Assembly (NCBI GenBank): GCA_963764625.1
Contig: CAVXTH010000009.1
Location: 224,001 to 288,000, forward strand
Direction of reading: 5' to 3'
DNA: 64,000 nucleotides
Source of the DNA: Candidatus Krumholzibacteriota bacterium
GTDB taxonomy: Bacteria; Krumholzibacteriota; Krumholzibacteriia; JAJRXK01
Shown: in pieces, positions 59,801 to 64,000 of the stretch
Position numbering within the stretch: position 1 is the first letter of the stretch
How the letters are laid out: each line of letters starts with the position of its first letter
Position numbers and translations under genes: made by a program
The notes under the pieces: model-generated
Databases searched by the model: none
What the model was told of the DNA's origin: nothing
Seen by the model: the letters and a program-made list of their open reading frames with translations, nothing else

Positions 59801-61707
59801 TCCTGGCGCAATCGTTCGGACTGCAGGCGGAGAGAATCCCGGCGGGCCAGAAGTCGTGGAGGAATGAGATTCCCCTGCATGAGGGAGTCGAAGGCCGCTG
59901 CCAGAGTTTCCCCGCGGCTTCGCTGCGCGCTTAGCTGGGTATAGAGACTCCGACTGTTCCCCGCGATCTTCGGCTTCAAGACCTCATCGAACGAGCGGCC
60001 CACGAGTTCGGGCATGCGTCGTCCGTAGTGGGTGACGAGCGAGTCGAGCTCGGTGGCAAGGGCCAGCTCGTCCTCGAGAACGACTCCCGCGTTGTGCTCG
60101 AAGGGGTGCCGCTCCGGGCGCTGGCTTTGGGGTCCATCGACCCAGAACTGGCGCAGCGCGCGCAGAAAGATCTGGTTTCGCTCGAGCTCGACTCTCACCC
60201 GGCGTGTCCGTCGCACGATGCGCGCGTTTACGGTGGACTGCAGGGAGTCCATGGCGGCCAGATTGCGGTCGAGCTGAGCCAGACGCGCTTCGAGCTCGGC
60301 CAGTGCGCGATCGAGTTCCGTCAAGCTCGATTGGGTTTTGTGCTTGCCCGCTTCGAGGTAACGCTGGCGTCGTTGAGACTGGTCTCGCGCCTGAGCGATT
60401 TTGTACTCGAGCTGTCCGCGGGCAAAGTCGAGTCGCTCAGACTTCGTCTGCAGCGAATCGAGGGGGGACAGATCCTCTGGGGTGGGTTGATGTCGCGCCC
60501 AGCGACCAGCGTTCGAAGGTCGAAAGAAAGCGAGTGGGCCGGGCTCCCAGCGCTCGGCGTCCGGTCGTCTCAGATCGAAGGCCTCCTGAATGGCGTGGAC
60601 GGCGAACGATTCCAGTTCGTCCGTGTGGTAGGGTAGAGTGGTTCCCGCCTCGTCTCCGCTCCGCCAAGCCTCATACGCGGCATCCAGATTCTCGCCGTTC
60701 TTCAAGCTGTCGAGCTGGGACCATTCGAGAGTCCAATCGGACTCGGCGCTTTGGTAGAGCTCGAGCGCGGCTTCGAAGTGAGACTGGTCCATCTCCAGTT
60801 CCCCCTTCAGAAGCAGCGCGGCCCGGTGCGTTTCTCCCGAACCCTCGAGCTGCAGAAGCTCGTCGATTTCCCGCCGGGCCTCCTCCTCTTGCTTTTGCTT
60901 CAGGTCGATCAGAACCAGCATGTGAAGCGCGCGGCCGCGGTAACGACAGTCCCGTGGCACGCCCTTTAGAAGCTCGCGGGCATCGTCGCCTCGCTCCAGA
61001 GCCGCGGTAGCCAGGGCAAGGCGGGCGCCTCCCACCAGATCCGCGTCGGATGTGGTCTTGGGGCGTAAGGTGGAGAGCTTCTCCCAGATCGGCGTGGCGG
61101 AGACTCCACTCGCCTCCTGGGCGAGGGCCTGCAGGTGCAGCTTCAGAGCGCGCAACGATTCGTCGACCTCGCGCTCTCGCAGAAGCGTGAGCGCCTCATC
61201 GCCTCTGTTTTCCTCCAAGAGGAGGGAGGCGCCCAGAAGGACCGCCGCGTCTTGGTCCTTGGGGATCGGTCCTTCGAGCGTACCCAGAGTGAGAGCCCGG
61301 TAGGCGATCCACTGACCGAAGGGGGAGTCCTTCGCGAGAGGAACTCGCCGCGCAAGGTCAAAGAACGAGGCGAGGTCACCGAGCCGAAGATAGCATTCGG
61401 CCAAGAGGAAAGCGGCGCGGTCAACCCGGGCGAACCGTGAATTCGGGCTCATGTCGATGGCCTGCAGCTGCTCTACCGCGCGATGGAGATCCCCCTGCGT
61501 CCATGCGGTGAGCGCGCACGAGAGGTGGAAGGCATCCCAGCCTTCGCGGGGCGCGAGAGTTTGGGTGGGGCCGGCGGCTTCGGACTCGACCAAGCCGGCT
61601 CCCGCCGGAGCCGCGACAGTGAGGAGAAGACAGACGGCGCCCATGATCCCGCCCGCCATGCGCGGAACGAGCCAGAGAGTCAGCCGACTGCGGTCACGAT
61701 TCCACAC
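56854..61707 (-). CDS. Giant exported TPR/coiled-coil protein (GltD-like C-terminal half with a long N-terminal TPR region)
   Basis: Signal peptide; many YbgF/BamD-like TPRs (QYPES, AYYKLGWAYY); C-terminus SQRPQGLNEDELLSYDEVLKEQ typical of GltD-type proteins. Confidence 0.8.
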   Translation of the reverse strand: MWNRDRSRLTLWLVPRMAGGIMGAVCLLLTVAAPAGAGLVESEAAGPTQTLAPREGWDAFHLSCALTAWTQGDLHRAVEQLQAIDMSPNSRFARVDRAAFLLAECYLRLGDLASFFDLARRVPLAKDSPFGQWIAYRALTLGTLEGPIPKDQDAAVLLGASLLLEENRGDEALTLLREREVDESLRALKLHLQALAQEASGVSATPIWEKLSTLRPKTTSDADLVGGARLALATAALERGDDARELLKGVPRDCRYRGRALHMLVLIDLKQKQEEEARREIDELLQLEGSGETHRAALLLKGELEMDQSHFEAALELYQSAESDWTLEWSQLDSLKNGENLDAAYEAWRSGDEAGTTLPYHTDELESFAVHAIQEAFDLRRPDAERWEPGPLAFFRPSNAGRWARHQPTPEDLSPLDSLQTKSERLDFARGQLEYKIAQARDQSQRRQRYLEAGKHKTQSSLTELDRALAELEARLAQLDRNLAAMDSLQSTVNARIVRRTRRVRVELERNQIFLRALRQFWVDGPQSQRPERHPFEHNAGVVLEDELALATELDSLVTHYGRRMPELVGRSFDEVLKPKIAGNSRSLYTQLSAQRSRGETLAAAFDSLMQGNLIPPRLLARRDSLRLQSERLRQEQSEVRAAIALRVARRGQEKLSKERESLDYHLADAAFEQAIEVATDPKTNEQTQLVQTAREQAIGRIEDFLTQYPDSFTRGECRFRLADLKLLDARQKFQGRMAGFLKEKPSDRQLNDRRWAPFIEYGPVVELYRKILAEDTDFPHLDAVLYALGMVLSDDGQAEGSAQLQRLVQQYPESQYAQEAWLRLGDERFNAKDYAAAVPLLRKAAGGTDASLSAIAYYKLGWAYYEQDRFLDAADGFRSLLDLYSAHEDLASSTDLRDEAEEYLVHSLVRGGGAETFASFFDGVGSRPYESRILATMGALLKSYSLYEESIACDKLFLSRYPRKSAALDLAKRMVDSYGRWNRNDEGRRTCLELAPLFMEGGTWYLANQDEARREEALEFAKSSYRDAAVYWHQRAKKSDSSEDWRRALDSYETFLTHWPAQPESARLSYQAGEAATALGSYARAISYFTVAAGDTAAFAKDAAWQCVATADQWYQSSVDTTAAASSAGADSLARKVLVLGDEYLQRYPHDALSGELRWREAQLAYRHAWNREAARRFGEMAEYQPDDERVPLSLRLQGDALHRDGAFRDAATAYETALSAAVAAGQDSLALGLRPIIPLCYYENAESVAHSDSSAGEGKAAPLFVELAQRFPEFAHADQSLYRGGLGYLQTDQLEPAVSAFRELLREHPESDQARDAALQIAKAYESHGEKQEAALAYANFSRRFPQDIDGTDALLKAAELMEQAGEHSKAEALNDEFLRRYPGEFDSAMEIREARAQRELQRVTAGEITLATLLTGRGDAAKTAQADSTASNLSAYLALAESHPDRAQPSILAQVEFLKAEAIHEEYSALKLTQPLPASIDAKKLKLEELLSAYQKCTKYEIRLYTHASAYRIGEALIEFGDALQQSQRPQGLNEDELLSYDEVLKEQSWSFYDRGEEAWNEMLRQNPLGSEDEGGWLAKTRHTLWPRVAQRFLHRPTVDYPLVNAAAPSRGSE

Positions 61708-61721
61708 GGACTCGAACGCTC

Positions 61722-62537
61722 CTAGCGCTGCCAGACTTGGGGATTCAGCTGAGCACTGGGATCATTCGCGTCGAGCTGGGAGAGATCTAGTTCGAGAAAA
61801 GTGAGCTGGTCACGCGGAGTCTGAAACTCGAGGGTGGTGGCGGGTACCTGGTCCCAACCCTCTCCCGAAAGTAGCAGCTCCATGCGGTGGGCACGGGGCT
61901 CGACGAATTCGTGGTAGATCTGGGCCACGCCGCCCTCTTGTAGGGCCTTTTGCTGCTCGGGGCTGAGCGCGATGTGAAGAGTCGTGTTCTCTTCGCGCAG
62001 AAGAAGTGAGTCGGGCGCACCGGACTTGGGGAGGCCCCGCAAGACGACCACCAGGGCGGTTTCCTGCCGCCCGAGGAAGTTCTTCTCGAGATCCAGAAGT
62101 CTTCCCTGCTGGTCGGCCAGAAGCTGCTCGAAGAGATCGAGTTGGGCCTCCACGCCGGAGAGCTCGTCCACTTTGGCGAGGAGCTGGCGCTGGGCCAGAT
62201 TGCCACGCTCATCCTGAATCGTGTCACGCGCGGCCGCGATGTCTTCCTCCATCTTCCGAAGGAGCAAGAGGCGCTGATCGATCACTTGCGCCTGACCGTC
62301 GCGATCGTATCCGATCTCCAACCGCAACTGATCGAATTGCGAACGGAGAAACGAACGGTTGTCGCGCAAGAAACGGAGGCTCTCGTACTTTCGTTTCTTG
62401 TGGTCCGCTCGCTTCACCTCGAGGGTTTCCTTCACCGAGTGTCCACTGCCGGTGGCTGGCTCGTCGGCTCGCGCCGCCGAGCTTCCGCAGCAGAAGAGAG
62501 CCAATCCTAGGCCCAAGAGCACGAGTTTCGAGTTCAT
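61722..62537 (-). CDS. Exported coiled-coil protein with a C-terminal beta domain, associated with Agl/Glt-like loci
   Basis: Signal peptide (ARA-D); heptad-rich middle; ALQEGGVAQIY motif. Confidence 0.7.
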   Translation of the reverse strand: MNSKLVLLGLGLALFCCGSSAARADEPATGSGHSVKETLEVKRADHKKRKYESLRFLRDNRSFLRSQFDQLRLEIGYDRDGQAQVIDQRLLLLRKMEEDIAAARDTIQDERGNLAQRQLLAKVDELSGVEAQLDLFEQLLADQQGRLLDLEKNFLGRQETALVVVLRGLPKSGAPDSLLLREENTTLHIALSPEQQKALQEGGVAQIYHEFVEPRAHRMELLLSGEGWDQVPATTLEFQTPRDQLTFLELDLSQLDANDPSAQLNPQVWQR

Positions 62538-62538
62538 C

Positions 62539-63105
62539 TCATCCCCTCCAGGTCTTGAGGACCTTGCCGTCTTTGGCAGAGACCACAACCCACAGAGCGG
62601 GCGCATTCTGGCTCGTGTAGAGCAGAGTCCAGGTACTCAGATCAGGCTTCTGGTGGTAGAACGCGCCGCGAATGAGCAGCATGGTGTGCAGGGTTCCTCC
62701 CTGTTCCTGACGGTACTTGCGCCCCGCCTTGCTCTCCGCCGCGGCCAAGGCCACGTCACTGTCGATCCAGGTTTTCGAAAGGGGAGGGGGATCTTGCAGC
62801 TCGAATTCGAGATCCGCCGCTTCCAGAATCTCTCCGTCGCGGACGGTGTAACCACGCGATTGCCCCTTGCTCTCGCTGTAGAAGAGATAACCCCAGCGAA
62901 CCGCCTTTCCGGTGGCGTCCACGTCTTCGTCGTTCTCCAAATAGACCAGCTTGGCATCGGCGGCCCAGCTTTGGGCCGCCGCGCGCACGAGCTCCAGGCC
63001 AGAGGTGGCGGAGGTCGATTGATGCTGCTCGGCCCGGGCGGAATGGTTGATCACGAGGACCAAGATGGCGGCCACCAGCGCCCGGGTAGTTGATTGCAGT
63101 TGCAT
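62539..63105 (-). CDS. Exported hypothetical protein, PepSY-like
   Basis: Signal peptide; WIDSDVALAAAE...W...VVVSAKDGKVL. Confidence 0.6.
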   Translation of the reverse strand: MQLQSTTRALVAAILVLVINHSARAEQHQSTSATSGLELVRAAAQSWAADAKLVYLENDEDVDATGKAVRWGYLFYSESKGQSRGYTVRDGEILEAADLEFELQDPPPLSKTWIDSDVALAAAESKAGRKYRQEQGGTLHTMLLIRGAFYHQKPDLSTWTLLYTSQNAPALWVVVSAKDGKVLKTWRG

Positions 63106-63114
63106 GTGCGACTC

Positions 63115-63960
63115 CTAGAATAAGTACGAGGTGCCGATGCTGAACTCGAGGTTGTTGTTCACGCGACGTGCCTCTTCCGATCCCGAGCGGAAGCGGTAGT
63201 TTCTCACTTCCCAGCGCATCGCCCACTTCTTGCTCACGAACATCTGGGTTCCAGCGCCGTAGTTGATGCTCGATTCGCTCTCGCCTTGCATGATCGTCGA
63301 GCCCACTCCGAAGGTGAGGTAGGGCACCATCTGCCGGCCCGGGAGAATGCGCACGTTCATGTTCATGTTGTAGAACAGCATGTGGAATTGTTCGGCCTCC
63401 AAAGAGAGGTCGAAGAGGCTCTCGACGATCTCCGCGGGACGCGAGACTCTGGTCCAGCTGACGCCACCCTCCACTTCGAGGAAGTCGAAGAGGTAATATC
63501 CAAGCTTGCCTCCCAGGACCGCCGAGTTGGACTTGCGATCGAAGGCATAGCCACCGGCGTAAAACGTCAAAGAGAAACTCCCCACCCGTGAGAAGAGACG
63601 AGGGTTGGGGCGGAATTCCAAATCGGACATGTCGTCGAATTCCTCGCACAGCGAGGAGTGAACCCAACCGGTATTGGTCTCGTTCAGGCGAATGTTGTAC
63701 CACTCGCCGCGCTTCGCGATGACCACAAACTCGGATCCTCCATCGTAGGTCGCGACGATCGCGAAGGTATCACCGGGGCCCGAGCGGACCACGTTCTGGT
63801 CTTGCTTGAGGCGGACCTTCTTTTCGCGGAGCACGTAGGGCTTGTCGGCATCGTCTTGGTGCTTGCGCTGAGCATCGTCCGCCCACGCCGGCCGCGCGGC
63901 GAGCATCGTCATAACGCAAGCGAAGAGGAAGAGGCCGTGATATCGTCGCAGTGTCGGCAT
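63115..63960 (-). CDS. SH3 domain plus outer-membrane beta-barrel protein (GltA/B-like)
   Basis: Signal peptide; VRSGPG....GEWYNIRL...GWV (SH3_3); barrel strands PYLTFGVG, INYGAG; terminal YLF. Confidence 0.82.
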   Translation of the reverse strand: MPTLRRYHGLFLFACVMTMLAARPAWADDAQRKHQDDADKPYVLREKKVRLKQDQNVVRSGPGDTFAIVATYDGGSEFVVIAKRGEWYNIRLNETNTGWVHSSLCEEFDDMSDLEFRPNPRLFSRVGSFSLTFYAGGYAFDRKSNSAVLGGKLGYYLFDFLEVEGGVSWTRVSRPAEIVESLFDLSLEAEQFHMLFYNMNMNVRILPGRQMVPYLTFGVGSTIMQGESESSINYGAGTQMFVSKKWAMRWEVRNYRFRSGSEEARRVNNNLEFSIGTSYLF

Positions 63961-64000
63961 TGTACGTCCGTCCGTGATCAGAGTTGGTGGGGCTTTAAAG

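Noticed and set aside
1-64000. CRISPR arrays, IS or integrase genes, prophage, rRNA, tRNA
   Set aside because: No spaced direct repeats, transposase, integrase or phage motifs, or structural RNA signatures recognised by eye

Overview
High-GC, Gram-negative-type bacterial DNA (outer-membrane barrels, TolQ/ExbD motor, sigma54 promoters), gene-dense, with no rRNA, tRNA, CRISPR array or mobile element seen. Left to right: the end of a molybdopterin oxidoreductase operon (catalytic C-terminus plus DmsB-DmsC fusion); IorAB-like oxidoreductase with a frameshift; UbiA-like and DUF6165 genes; speD-speE; DASS transporter; a 10-gene Wzm/Wzt surface-polysaccharide and unusual nucleotide-sugar cluster; acs; a zincin peptidase/ATP-grasp ligase pair; DUF2723-TPR glycosyltransferase; GT2; NADP-IDH with a CxxC-x9-CxxC insert in its active-site loop; FHA-GAF-PP2C; DMT/MocR/aminotransferase with a visible operator; thioredoxin-TPR, OMP, S8 protease, TetR, Rlu and Gfo/Idh/MocA genes. 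At 43.4-49.7 kb lies a sigma54-controlled regulatory block: orphan FliA, GAF enhancer-binding protein, a candidate ~230-nt structured sRNA, a His-less PAS kinase, a receiver and a TM-GAF protein. It is followed by PerR-rubrerythrin-FeS oxidoreductase-DUF3501 and an 11-kb Agl/Glt-like envelope motor operon. The best leads are the sigma54 sRNA module, the zinc-ribbon IDH and the Agl/Glt-like machine. All family calls come from motif recognition by eye, not from database searches.
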